A program made the translations under genes and the position numbers. From Bacilli bacterium (GTDB lineage: Bacteria > Bacillota_I > Bacilli_A > ML615J-28 > CAG-698), in assembly GCA_050953065.1 (NCBI GenBank), contig JBMNLZ010000003.1, positions 128,001 to 192,000 of the forward strand: DNA of 64,000 nucleotides, read 5' to 3'. Under the pieces are notes generated by a model that saw only the letters and a list, made by a program, of their open reading frames with translations, made no database searches and had not been told where the DNA came from. Below, in pieces: positions 20,157-29,861 of the stretch. The first letter of the stretch is position 1. Each line of letters starts with the position of its first letter.

Positions 20157-21266
20157 TTATACCTCCAAAAAATAAGTGTCTGGATTATTAGGGTCAAAAG
20201 CTTCGCTTGCCCACATGATAGTGACTAAATCAGTCTCACCTATATTTTCAATATTATGAGTATATCCTGGCATAATATTAACAACTTCTAAAATATCTCC
20301 ACTCACATAAACTTCAATTACTTCAGTAGAATGAACTTCTCTAAACCTAATCACACCTTTACCAAAAACTACTAAAAACTTTTCACATTTAGTATGATGC
20401 CAATGGTTTCCTTTTACAATTCCAGGTTTTGAAATATTTACTGAAACCTGACCTTTATCGTCTGTTTTTAAAAACTCAGTAAAAGAACCTCTATGATCAA
20501 CATTCATTTTTAAATTATAACTAAAGCTTTCAATTGGTATAAAACTTAAGTAAGTAGCATAAAGTTTTCTAACAAAATCATTTTTCATATCAGGAACAAA
20601 TAAATCAAACTTTTCAGCTTTAAAAGAATAAATTGTTTTAGTTAGTTCTTCTAAAGTAACTTTATAAGATGTCTTTACTTTACAAAATTCATTATCTTTT
20701 GTAGGATTCCCCTCTAATGCACTAATTAATTCTTTTACAACATCATCAATATAAACTAAATTAACTACTGCATTAGGATCACTTACCATAATCTCTAAGC
20801 CTCTTGAAATATTATAACAAAATGTCGCAACAGCACTATTGTAATTTGGTCTTGACCATTTTCCAAAAATATTTTGGAATCTATACACTAAAACTTCCAC
20901 CTTGTTTTCTCTACCATATTCAAATACTAAATCCTCACCTGCTTTTTTACTTTTTCCATAAGGATTATCAAGAGCAGCTTGGATTGATGAAGATATCATC
21001 AATGGGGCTTTATTATTATATTTTTTAAGTAAGTTAAGTAAAGTATTAGTAAATCCAAAATTACCTTCCATAAATTCGCTTTGTTCTTTTGGACGATTTA
21101 CTCCTGCAAGATGAAAAATAAAGCCAGCTTCTTTACACGCTTTTTCTAAATCTTCTATTTTAGAATCAATATCATATTCAAAAATATCTTCATATTTTCT
21201 AGCTCTTAATTCAGCAATTAAATTTTTACCGACAAAGCCTTTTGCTCCTGTTACTAAAATCTTCAT
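20157..21266 (-). CDS. fnlB: UDP-2-acetamido-2,6-dideoxy-hexulose reductase with cupin domain (FnlB/CapF)
   Basis: HLAGVNRP, NPYGKSK, RPNYNS, KGNHWHHTK. Confidence 0.9.
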   Translation of the reverse strand: MKILVTGAKGFVGKNLIAELRARKYEDIFEYDIDSKIEDLEKACKEAGFIFHLAGVNRPKEQSEFMEGNFGFTNTLLNLLKKYNNKAPLMISSSIQAALDNPYGKSKKAGEDLVFEYGRENKVEVLVYRFQNIFGKWSRPNYNSAVATFCYNISRGLEIMVSDPNAVVNLVYIDDVVKELISALEGNPTKDNEFCKVKTSYKVTLEELTKTIYSFKAEKFDLFVPDMKNDFVRKLYATYLSFIPIESFSYNLKMNVDHRGSFTEFLKTDDKGQVSVNISKPGIVKGNHWHHTKCEKFLVVFGKGVIRFREVHSTEVIEVYVSGDILEVVNIMPGYTHNIENIGETDLVTIMWASEAFDPNNPDTYFLEV

Positions 21267-22273
21267 TCTTTTTTTCCTAATTCTTCTTTTATATAATCTA
21301 ATTTCAATAATTTTTCTTTTATTTCTTCAATATTTAATATCTTTGTATTATGCGAATTATATTCATCCCCCTCAGATAACTCGCTACATCCTTCAACAAA
21401 ATATTTATCATAGTTTAAATCTCTTTTATCAGCTGGTACTCTATAGTAATCTCCTAAATCAAGGGCTACAACTTTTTCTTCTTTAGTAAGCAGTGTTTCA
21501 TAAAGTTTTTCACCATGTCTTGTACCAATGATTTTTATCTTAGAGTTAGAATTAAACAATTCCTTAACAGCTTGTGCTAAATCACCAATTGTTGAAGCTG
21601 GTGATTTTTGAACCATAATATCACCTGCTTGAGCATTTTTAAAAGCAAAAATAACCAATTCTACTGCTTCATCTAAACTCATAAGAAATCTTGTCATATT
21701 GGGGTTTGTTACTGTTAAAGGGGCTTTATTTCTAATTTGGTCAACAAATAAAGGAATTACAGAACCGCGTGAAGCCATAACGTTACCATATCTTGTTCCA
21801 CAAATTACAGTATCAGTCACTGTTTTTGATTTAGCAACAAAAACTTTTTCCATCATTGCTTTTGAAATTCCCATTGCATTAATCGGATAAGCTGCTTTAT
21901 CAGTAGACAAACAGATAACTTTCTTAACTTTAGCATCAATTGCTGCTGTTAAAACATTATCAGTTCCTATTACATTAGTTTTTACAGCTTCTAGTGGAAA
22001 AAACTCGCAAGATGGTACCTGTTTTAAAGCTGCAGCATGAAAAACATAATCAACATTATACATTGCATTTTTAATACTTGAAAGATCTCTAACATCACCT
22101 ATATAGAATTTAAGTTTATCTGATTTATAAAACTTTCTCATATCATCTTGTTTTTTCTCATCACGAGAAAAAATCCTAATCTCTTTGATATCAGTATTTA
22201 AAAATCTTTTCATGACTGCATTTCCAAAAGAACCAGTTCCACCTGTAATTAATAATATCTTATCTTTAAACAT
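21263..22273 (-). CDS. fnlA: UDP-GlcNAc 4,6-dehydratase/5-epimerase (FnlA/CapE)
   Basis: GGTGSFG, KQVPSCEFFP, STDKAAYPINAMG, DLNYDKY. Confidence 0.92.
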   Translation of the reverse strand: MFKDKILLITGGTGSFGNAVMKRFLNTDIKEIRIFSRDEKKQDDMRKFYKSDKLKFYIGDVRDLSSIKNAMYNVDYVFHAAALKQVPSCEFFPLEAVKTNVIGTDNVLTAAIDAKVKKVICLSTDKAAYPINAMGISKAMMEKVFVAKSKTVTDTVICGTRYGNVMASRGSVIPLFVDQIRNKAPLTVTNPNMTRFLMSLDEAVELVIFAFKNAQAGDIMVQKSPASTIGDLAQAVKELFNSNSKIKIIGTRHGEKLYETLLTKEEKVVALDLGDYYRVPADKRDLNYDKYFVEGCSELSEGDEYNSHNTKILNIEEIKEKLLKLDYIKEELGKKE

Positions 22274-22306
22274 ATCTGTCTTCCTTTCAATTTAACCAAG
22301 ATTGTT

Positions 22307-23611
22307 TTATTCTTCATCAATTTTTTTTATTCTTTGTTTTGCAACAATTGCGACCTTTTCTTTTACTTCAGGTTTTCCTAAAGTCCCTTTTTCTAAGCCA
22401 TCAAATATCTTATCCATTCTATCTAATAATTTAATTTTATCAAATTTTTCTTTTCCGTAATTTAAAGCATTATTCTTTATAACCACTCTTTGGGCAGGGT
22501 ATAATTGGACAAATTCTTCAATTGCATCAGCTAATTCTAAAACATTCCCTGGAGCCCCACAAAAACCAATTTGGCCTTCATCAATAATCTTTTTAACTTC
22601 ACCCTTAGCACTAGCAATAACAGGTAATCCACAGGCAAGATATGATTGAAGTTTTGCAGGAATTGTTTTTTCTAAAATCGGACTATCATTAAAAGTAATT
22701 AATCCAGCATCACAATATGCAAAATAATATGGGATTTCAGTTGCTGGTATTGGATCGATAAAGTTAAAGTATGGTTCTACGATAAAATCTTGAACCTTTT
22801 TAACTAAGTTTGCTTTTTCTTTACCATCTCCAATTATATTAAATCTTACTTTAATTCTTCTTCTTTCTAATTCAATCGCACAACGTGGTAAAACCTCTAA
22901 CCCTTGAGCCTTACCAATATTTCCAGCAAACACAAGATTTACTCTTGAGTCTTGAGGAATAACAGTAATTGCTTTAGCAGATTTTTCTAAAGGTTTATAA
23001 AACTCCTCAGCATATTGTGGCCAAAACTCTAACTTAATTTCAGGAACTTTAAACTTCTTAATTATTGAATCAATAAAAGATTTCGAAGAAGTTAAAATAT
23101 AATCAGTATTTTTATAAATCTTTTTAACAGTTCTTGTAACACTTCTAATAATACATTTATTATTAATATTTCCAGCCGCAATTAAATTATCTGGCCATAA
23201 ATCCATTACATATAAAACGCTTGGAATCTTTCTTCTTTTGGCATACCAAATACCAATTTTAGCTTGATAGATTGGTGAAACTTCATAAGTAAAAACATAA
23301 TCTGCTTTTAATTTAGTAAACTTAGCAAAAAACCAGCCGAAGAAAACAAAAGATTTATAGTTTAAATATAAACTAAAGGGATTTTTTCTTCTTGCAAAAA
23401 GAGGAATTCTAATAACATTAACTCCGTTAATGTTTTCTTTTCTTTTTCTAAACCAGCCATATCCTTTATAAAATTTCCCTTCAGGATAATTTGGAATTCC
23501 AGTAACAACAGTTACTTTATATCCCTTTTTTACCCACTCCTCACAAATATCATTAATTCTAAATTGTTCAGGATAATAATATTGTGAAACAACTAAAATA
23601 TGTTTACTCAT
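22307..23611 (-). CDS. GT4 glycosyltransferase, WbuB/WciJ-like L-FucNAc transferase
   Basis: SQYYYPE, PNYPEG, DLWP, FAGNIGKAQGL, TIPAKLQSY; adjacent to fnlABC. Confidence 0.8.
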   Translation of the reverse strand: MSKHILVVSQYYYPEQFRINDICEEWVKKGYKVTVVTGIPNYPEGKFYKGYGWFRKRKENINGVNVIRIPLFARRKNPFSLYLNYKSFVFFGWFFAKFTKLKADYVFTYEVSPIYQAKIGIWYAKRRKIPSVLYVMDLWPDNLIAAGNINNKCIIRSVTRTVKKIYKNTDYILTSSKSFIDSIIKKFKVPEIKLEFWPQYAEEFYKPLEKSAKAITVIPQDSRVNLVFAGNIGKAQGLEVLPRCAIELERRRIKVRFNIIGDGKEKANLVKKVQDFIVEPYFNFIDPIPATEIPYYFAYCDAGLITFNDSPILEKTIPAKLQSYLACGLPVIASAKGEVKKIIDEGQIGFCGAPGNVLELADAIEEFVQLYPAQRVVIKNNALNYGKEKFDKIKLLDRMDKIFDGLEKGTLGKPEVKEKVAIVAKQRIKKIDEE

Positions 23612-23623
23612 GATTTTTCCCCC

Positions 23624-24484
23624 TTAAAGTGATTTTTTAATTGAATCTTCAAAGCTAATTACATTGTATTTAAAATCAAAATGATTCGAAACATTTAAAT
23701 CATATGTCTTATTTCCAAAAACTTGATTTATTATAGGTAAGATATAAGAACCTATTACTAACATCCAATTAAAGATTTTTGTTTCTCTATATTTTTTATC
23801 GTTTTCTTTTCTAACAAGTCTTACTAAATCTTTAATAGCAACATAATTCTTATTTTGCGGATAAAAAACTCCACTAGATTCATTATCAATTAATAGTTTT
23901 ACAAACTCACATAAATTATCAATATGAATCATACTTTTTTGATTTTTAATATTCAAGAAAAAAGGAAACTTTAAAGCAAATTTTACCAATCTTGGGAAAT
24001 TCCCCTTACACCCCTTACCATAAACTACAGGAGTTCTAATAATATTTACTTTGAAATTATCACTTTCTAATTTTTGAATTTCAAGATCAGCTTCTAATTT
24101 TGACTTCCCATATGCATTAAGTGGAGCATATTTTTCTACATCAATATGATTGTATTTTCTAACTTTATTATCTTTTCCATAAATTATCATACTACTCATA
24201 AAAATGAATTGCTTGACATTTTCATCCTTAGCTTTTTTAGCAACCTCAATTGCTAAATCTCTATTCACCTTAAAATATAACGGTGCCATCTTTTTTTTGC
24301 TTGAAACATGAGCAATTCCTGCAACATGATAAACTACATCATAGCCAGAAAAACTATAATTTTTCCATGTTTCATCCATCATATCTAAAGTATTGATTAT
24401 ATATTTATCTTCATTTTTTTTAAGCCATGATTCCACATGAGTACCAATAAAACTCCCCTTACCCGTGATTAATATTTTCTTCAT
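23624..24484 (-). CDS. NAD-dependent epimerase/reductase (CapN/WbpV-like SDR)
   Basis: ILITG..SFIG, HVAGIAH, YGKSK, KGNF. Confidence 0.8.
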   Translation of the reverse strand: MKKILITGKGSFIGTHVESWLKKNEDKYIINTLDMMDETWKNYSFSGYDVVYHVAGIAHVSSKKKMAPLYFKVNRDLAIEVAKKAKDENVKQFIFMSSMIIYGKDNKVRKYNHIDVEKYAPLNAYGKSKLEADLEIQKLESDNFKVNIIRTPVVYGKGCKGNFPRLVKFALKFPFFLNIKNQKSMIHIDNLCEFVKLLIDNESSGVFYPQNKNYVAIKDLVRLVRKENDKKYRETKIFNWMLVIGSYILPIINQVFGNKTYDLNVSNHFDFKYNVISFEDSIKKSL

Positions 24485-24485
24485 G

Positions 24486-25079
24486 CTATTTTCCCTCTTT
24501 TACTCCATCACTTTTTAAAACACTAAAAATAGTTTTAAAAAATATTTTTATATCAAAGAAAAGACTTTGACGCCTAACATACTCACCATCTAAAGCCGCT
24601 TTTTCTGGAATTGGCAATTCATCACGACCATTTATTTGAGCCCAACCAGTTAAACCTGGTCTTAAGCTATTAACACCATATTTATCTCGTTCTTCAACTA
24701 AATCATCTTGATTCCAAAGAGCAGGACGTGGTCCTACTATACTCATCTTTCCAAACAAGATATTAAAAATTTGAGGAAGTTCATCAAGCGATGTTTTTCT
24801 TAAAAATTTTCCAATTTTAGTAATATATTGTTCAGGATTTTCTAACATATGAGTTGGCGTATCGTGTGGTGTGTCAATTCTCATAGTTCTAAATTTATAT
24901 ATTTTAAAAATCTTTTTATTTTTTCCAATTCGTTTTTGTTTAAAAAGAATTGGCCCCCTTGATGTTAGTTTAATAATTAACCCCAAAATTATAAAAACTG
25001 GTAATAAAATTATAAGTCCAATTAAAGATATAAAAAAATCTAAAACATATTTTATAAATCTATACATTTTCCCCTTCAC
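24486..25079 (-). CDS. Initiating polyprenyl-phosphate sugar-1-phosphate transferase (small PGT)
   Basis: KFRTM, LRKTSLDELPQ, GPRP, PGLTGWAQINGR; alternative start ATG 25067. Confidence 0.92.
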   Translation of the reverse strand: MKGKMYRFIKYVLDFFISLIGLIILLPVFIILGLIIKLTSRGPILFKQKRIGKNKKIFKIYKFRTMRIDTPHDTPTHMLENPEQYITKIGKFLRKTSLDELPQIFNILFGKMSIVGPRPALWNQDDLVEERDKYGVNSLRPGLTGWAQINGRDELPIPEKAALDGEYVRRQSLFFDIKIFFKTIFSVLKSDGVKEGK

Positions 25080-25088
25080 CCTATCTTT

Positions 25089-25709
25089 TTATTCAAAAAA
25101 TTTTACTATTTTTTCAGAATTATAACCAATCCCTTTTAAAGAATTGATTATTTTTTCACGATGAACATAACTTGAAACAACAATTGCATCATGATTATAC
25201 TTTTTTAGTTCATCTTTACTAATGATTGGAACATTAACCATAACCCTACCTTGTTTTTCCTTGTCATCATCAATAACACCAACAACTTTTAAAGGCACGT
25301 TATTATCACTAACAATTACTTGAAGCATAATCTCAGCTACTTCTCCTGCTCCGTAAAATAAGACTTTAGTAATTCCTTTTTCTATAATTTGGTTTAAAAA
25401 GTTCGTTACATCTTCTTTTGCTTTTTTAAAAATATTTAAAGTATCTTTTAAAAACCAAATATTTAAAAGACGTTTTCTTTCAACACCTTTTTTGGTTAAA
25501 ACATAATTAACATTTTTTAAATTGTAATATTCCCTTATAACAAAACCATACTTTTCACATTCTTCTAAGTATTGATTTACCATTGATACAGAAATATCTA
25601 AGTCCTCACTAATCATTCTTTGAGTGATTGACTCGTTTTGTGAAATCATTTCTAGAATCCTGTATTCTTTATAGATTGGTGTTGGTTTAAAAAAGTTAAT
25701 TTCTGCCAT
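25089..25709 (-). CDS. EPS-associated winged-helix (MarR-like) regulator with C-terminal Rossmann-like domain
   Basis: ITQR.IS..L.IS.SMVN.YL HTH, YVLTKKG wing; FYGAGEVAE and VIDDD nucleotide-binding-type motifs. Confidence 0.75.
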   Translation of the reverse strand: MAEINFFKPTPIYKEYRILEMISQNESITQRMISEDLDISVSMVNQYLEECEKYGFVIREYYNLKNVNYVLTKKGVERKRLLNIWFLKDTLNIFKKAKEDVTNFLNQIIEKGITKVLFYGAGEVAEIMLQVIVSDNNVPLKVVGVIDDDKEKQGRVMVNVPIISKDELKKYNHDAIVVSSYVHREKIINSLKGIGYNSEKIVKFFE

Positions 25710-25719
25710 TTTTACTCCT

Positions 25720-25742
25720 AATTGTTCGATAACCGAACAATT
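25720..25742. promoter_or_regulatory. Palindromic operator at polysaccharide-operon transcription start
   Basis: AATTGTTCG-ATAAC-CGAACAATT perfect 9-bp inverted repeat between -10 box and RBS. Confidence 0.65.
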
Positions 25743-25744
25743 AT

Positions 25745-25773
25745 ATTATTGCATAATATATAAAAAAAAGCAA
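25745..25773 (-). promoter_or_regulatory. Promoter of polysaccharide operon
   Basis: TTGCTT-17bp-AATAAT with extended TG. Confidence 0.5.
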
Positions 25774-25799
25774 GCATAAAAATGTAATTTTTATGCTTG
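25771..25799 (-). terminator. Terminator after AAA ATPase gene
   Basis: CAAGCATAAAAAT/ATTTTTATGCTTG hairpin then C and T8 on minus strand. Confidence 0.7.
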
Positions 25800-25871
25800 T
25801 ATTAAGTAACTTCAAAACTATATTAATTCGGTTTAAAAAATAATAACATTAACAGTATTTATCTTTTTTCT

Positions 25872-27161
25872 TTAGTATTTCAAACATCCAATTGGTATAA
25901 CAAAAACACCATCAGGTCTTGCATAGCCGTATTTCCCACCAGTTAATATAATCTTTAAATCTGGTAATCTTAACGATGACTCTTTTCTTTTTTTATTATG
26001 TTCTATAATTAGTTTTTCCAATTCTAATAAATGAGATGCTGCTTTTTCAATTTCATGTGAACCTAATTTACATTCAATTAACGCATATCTACCATCATTT
26101 AAATGTAAAACAACATCAGTTTCAAGACCATATCTATCATGATAATAAGATAATTCACCATGCATATGACTTGAATAAACACGCAAATCTCTTATGCATA
26201 GTGTTTCAAAAATAAAGCCAAATGTTTTTAAATCCAATTTAAAATAATCTGATGAAACACCCAAAGCAGCAACTGCTATAGAAGGATCAATAAATTCCCT
26301 TTTTTTACCACTTCTTATAGCAGTAGCAGATCTTATGGCAGGACTCCAAGCATTTAAATCTTCCACTATATGAAGTCTTTCCAAAATATCTAAATAATCA
26401 TTTAAAGTATTTATACTAAGCGAATTTGTTATATTAACATCTTCTAAAATGTTTTTTGTTTTTACAAGTGTTGAGATATTTCTTGCATAAGACCTTAAAA
26501 TATCTCTCATTAAAATACTATTCCTTTTTACCTCATCCACACAATACATATCTTTTTCATAAATTTGTTGGAAATAGTCTCTAGCAACCTCTAATTTAGC
26601 CATATCAGTTTTTTTTCTTAAACTACCAGGCCAGCCACCTCTGCAAGCTGAAAAAATTAAATCTTCAATTGTAAGCTCTGATATTGCGCCATTTTCAAGT
26701 TTATTTTTATTATCAAATAAATCTAACAAAGAAACTTGCCCATTAGACTCTAAAGATTCATATAAACTCATTGGATACATTTTCATAGTACTTATTCTAC
26801 CAGTTCCTGTATGTTGAGTTTTAACCTTTTTAGAAGTAGATCCAGTTAAAACAAACAAACCTTCTTCCCTTCTTTCATCAACTGCATTTCTAACAGCATC
26901 CCATATTTCAGGAGCATCTTGCCACTCATCTATAAGCCTTGGGTTTTCACCTATTAATAAAAAAGCAGGATTAATCTTAGCAGTTTCTATTAGTTCATCT
27001 TTATTTGGATCTTTTTGTAATCTTATTGCACTTTTACATACTTGCTCAGCCGTAGTAGTTTTACCACACCATTTTGGGCCAATTATATTTACAGCTCCAA
27101 AAGCATCTAACTTAAATTTCAAAATATCATCAGCAACTCTCTTTAAATATTCTTTATTCAT
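25872..27161 (-). CDS. AAA+ ATPase (AAA_14) with DUF4143 C-terminal domain
   Basis: Walker A GPKWCGKTT, Walker B LIDEWQ, VLTGS, GGWP, FIDPS, C-terminal ETDVVL...IECKLG. Confidence 0.85.
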   Translation of the reverse strand: MNKEYLKRVADDILKFKLDAFGAVNIIGPKWCGKTTTAEQVCKSAIRLQKDPNKDELIETAKINPAFLLIGENPRLIDEWQDAPEIWDAVRNAVDERREEGLFVLTGSTSKKVKTQHTGTGRISTMKMYPMSLYESLESNGQVSLLDLFDNKNKLENGAISELTIEDLIFSACRGGWPGSLRKKTDMAKLEVARDYFQQIYEKDMYCVDEVKRNSILMRDILRSYARNISTLVKTKNILEDVNITNSLSINTLNDYLDILERLHIVEDLNAWSPAIRSATAIRSGKKREFIDPSIAVAALGVSSDYFKLDLKTFGFIFETLCIRDLRVYSSHMHGELSYYHDRYGLETDVVLHLNDGRYALIECKLGSHEIEKAASHLLELEKLIIEHNKKRKESSLRLPDLKIILTGGKYGYARPDGVFVIPIGCLKY

Positions 27162-27181
27162 ATCTCGTACCTCTTAATAAT

Positions 27182-27210
27182 ATTATATACTTAAATTAAT
27201 AAAAAAGCAA
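27182..27210 (-). promoter_or_regulatory. sigma-A promoter of AAA/DUF4143 gene
   Basis: TTGCTT-17bp-TATAAT. Confidence 0.65.
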
Positions 27211-27214
27211 TAGT

Positions 27215-27283
27215 ATTGATACTTTTTGCGGCATTTCATTGACATTTTTTGTGGCATTTCATTTATACTTTTTGTGGTAAATC
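27215..27283. repeat. Three tandem 23-bp imperfect direct repeats
   Basis: attgatactttttgcggcatttc / attgacattttttgtggcatttc / atttatactttttgtggtaaatc. Confidence 0.9.
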
Positions 27284-27289
27284 ACAAAT

Positions 27290-27317
27290 AAAAAAAGCCA
27301 AAGTTTCCTTTGACCTT
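27290..27317 (-). terminator. groEL terminator
   Basis: GGTCAAAG-GAAA-CTTTGGCT hairpin + T run. Confidence 0.75.
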
Positions 27318-27330
27318 CTATTACTAATTT

Positions 27331-28947
<1,617 letters not shown>

Positions 28948-28956
28948 TTAACTCCC

Positions 28957-29241
28957 TTACTCTATAATTGCTAGAATATCTTTTTCAGAAACAATTAGAT
29001 ATTCTTTATCTTTAAATTTGAATTCAGTTGTTGCATACTTTTTATAAACAACACGATCATTAATCTTAACTTTTACTGGCTGTAAGATGCCTTTATCATC
29101 CACTAAGCCTTCACCAACTGCTACAACCTTACCAATACTAGGTGTTTCTTTTGTAGCATCACTTAAAATAATTCCACTCGCAGTTTTTTTCTCAACTTCT
29201 GCTTTTTCTAAAATCACATTGTTGTGTAACGGTTTCAACAT
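28957..29241 (-). CDS. groES: Co-chaperonin GroES
   Basis: LKPL, KTASGII, VVAVGEG, DILAI. Confidence 0.97.
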   Translation of the reverse strand: MLKPLHNNVILEKAEVEKKTASGIILSDATKETPSIGKVVAVGEGLVDDKGILQPVKVKINDRVVYKKYATTEFKFKDKEYLIVSEKDILAIIE

Positions 29242-29261
29242 CTTAAATTAAATCCTCCATT

Positions 29262-29687
29262 TTACTTAATTTCAATTTCTTTTTTTGTTTCTTTTTTTAG
29301 ACTAACCTTTGGAATAACAATCTTTAAAGTTCCATTAACATACTCTGCCTTAATATCCTTTTCAGTAACATCTCCAACATAAAACGATCTAGAAGCCTCA
29401 CCATAATTACGCTCTCTTCTAATGTATGTTTCGCCTTCTTTTTCTTCTTTCGTTTCTTCTTTAGAAGCTCTAATAGTTAGATATCCATTATCTAAACTTA
29501 AACTAATGTCTTTTTTATCATATCCTGGAATATCAATATCCATTAGATAATTTTCTTCTGTCTCCTTAACATCAGTCTTCATTAGATTAGCAATATCTCC
29601 TCTTCTTACTGGTAAATTAAAGAACCCATCAAAAAAGTCATCATTAAAGAAACTTGAAATTTGATTTCTTCTTGGTAATAATTTCAT
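29262..29687 (-). CDS. Small heat-shock protein Hsp20/alpha-crystallin family
   Basis: MKTDVKE, DIPG, RRER.YG..SRSF, A.Y.NG.L.I.IPK, terminal IEI. Confidence 0.93.
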   Translation of the reverse strand: MKLLPRRNQISSFFNDDFFDGFFNLPVRRGDIANLMKTDVKETEENYLMDIDIPGYDKKDISLSLDNGYLTIRASKEETKEEKEGETYIRRERNYGEASRSFYVGDVTEKDIKAEYVNGTLKIVIPKVSLKKETKKEIEIK

Positions 29688-29713
29688 AATATTCCTCCTT
29701 TATATTTTTATTA

Positions 29714-29740
29714 TTAGCACTCTAACACCACGAGTGCTAA
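29714..29740. promoter_or_regulatory. CIRCE element (HrcA operator)
   Basis: Perfect TTAGCACTC-N9-GAGTGCTAA. Confidence 0.97.
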
Positions 29741-29744
29741 TTCT

Positions 29745-29772
29745 ATTATACTCTATTTTTAGAATTTGTCAA
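29745..29772 (-). promoter_or_regulatory. sigma-A promoter of hsp20-groESL
   Basis: TTGACA-16bp-TATAAT immediately upstream of CIRCE. Confidence 0.8.
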
Positions 29773-29819
29773 GGGTTTAACACAAAATTTTTCATTTTTT
29801 TAAATTTATTACATAAAAA

Positions 29820-29853
29820 TAAAAAAATCTCACCATAAAAATACAGTGAGATA
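29820..29853 (-). terminator. Terminator after GHL10 pair
   Basis: ATCTCAC/GTGAGAT hairpin + T run. Confidence 0.65.
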
Positions 29854-29861
29854 TAAATTTT

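Noticed and set aside
25720-25742. LexA (Cheo) box
   Set aside because: The Firmicute SOS box is CGAAC-N4-GTTCG; here the half-sites are in the opposite order with N5 spacing.
27215-27283. CRISPR array
   Set aside because: Repeats are contiguous with no spacers, only three degenerate copies, and no cas genes.
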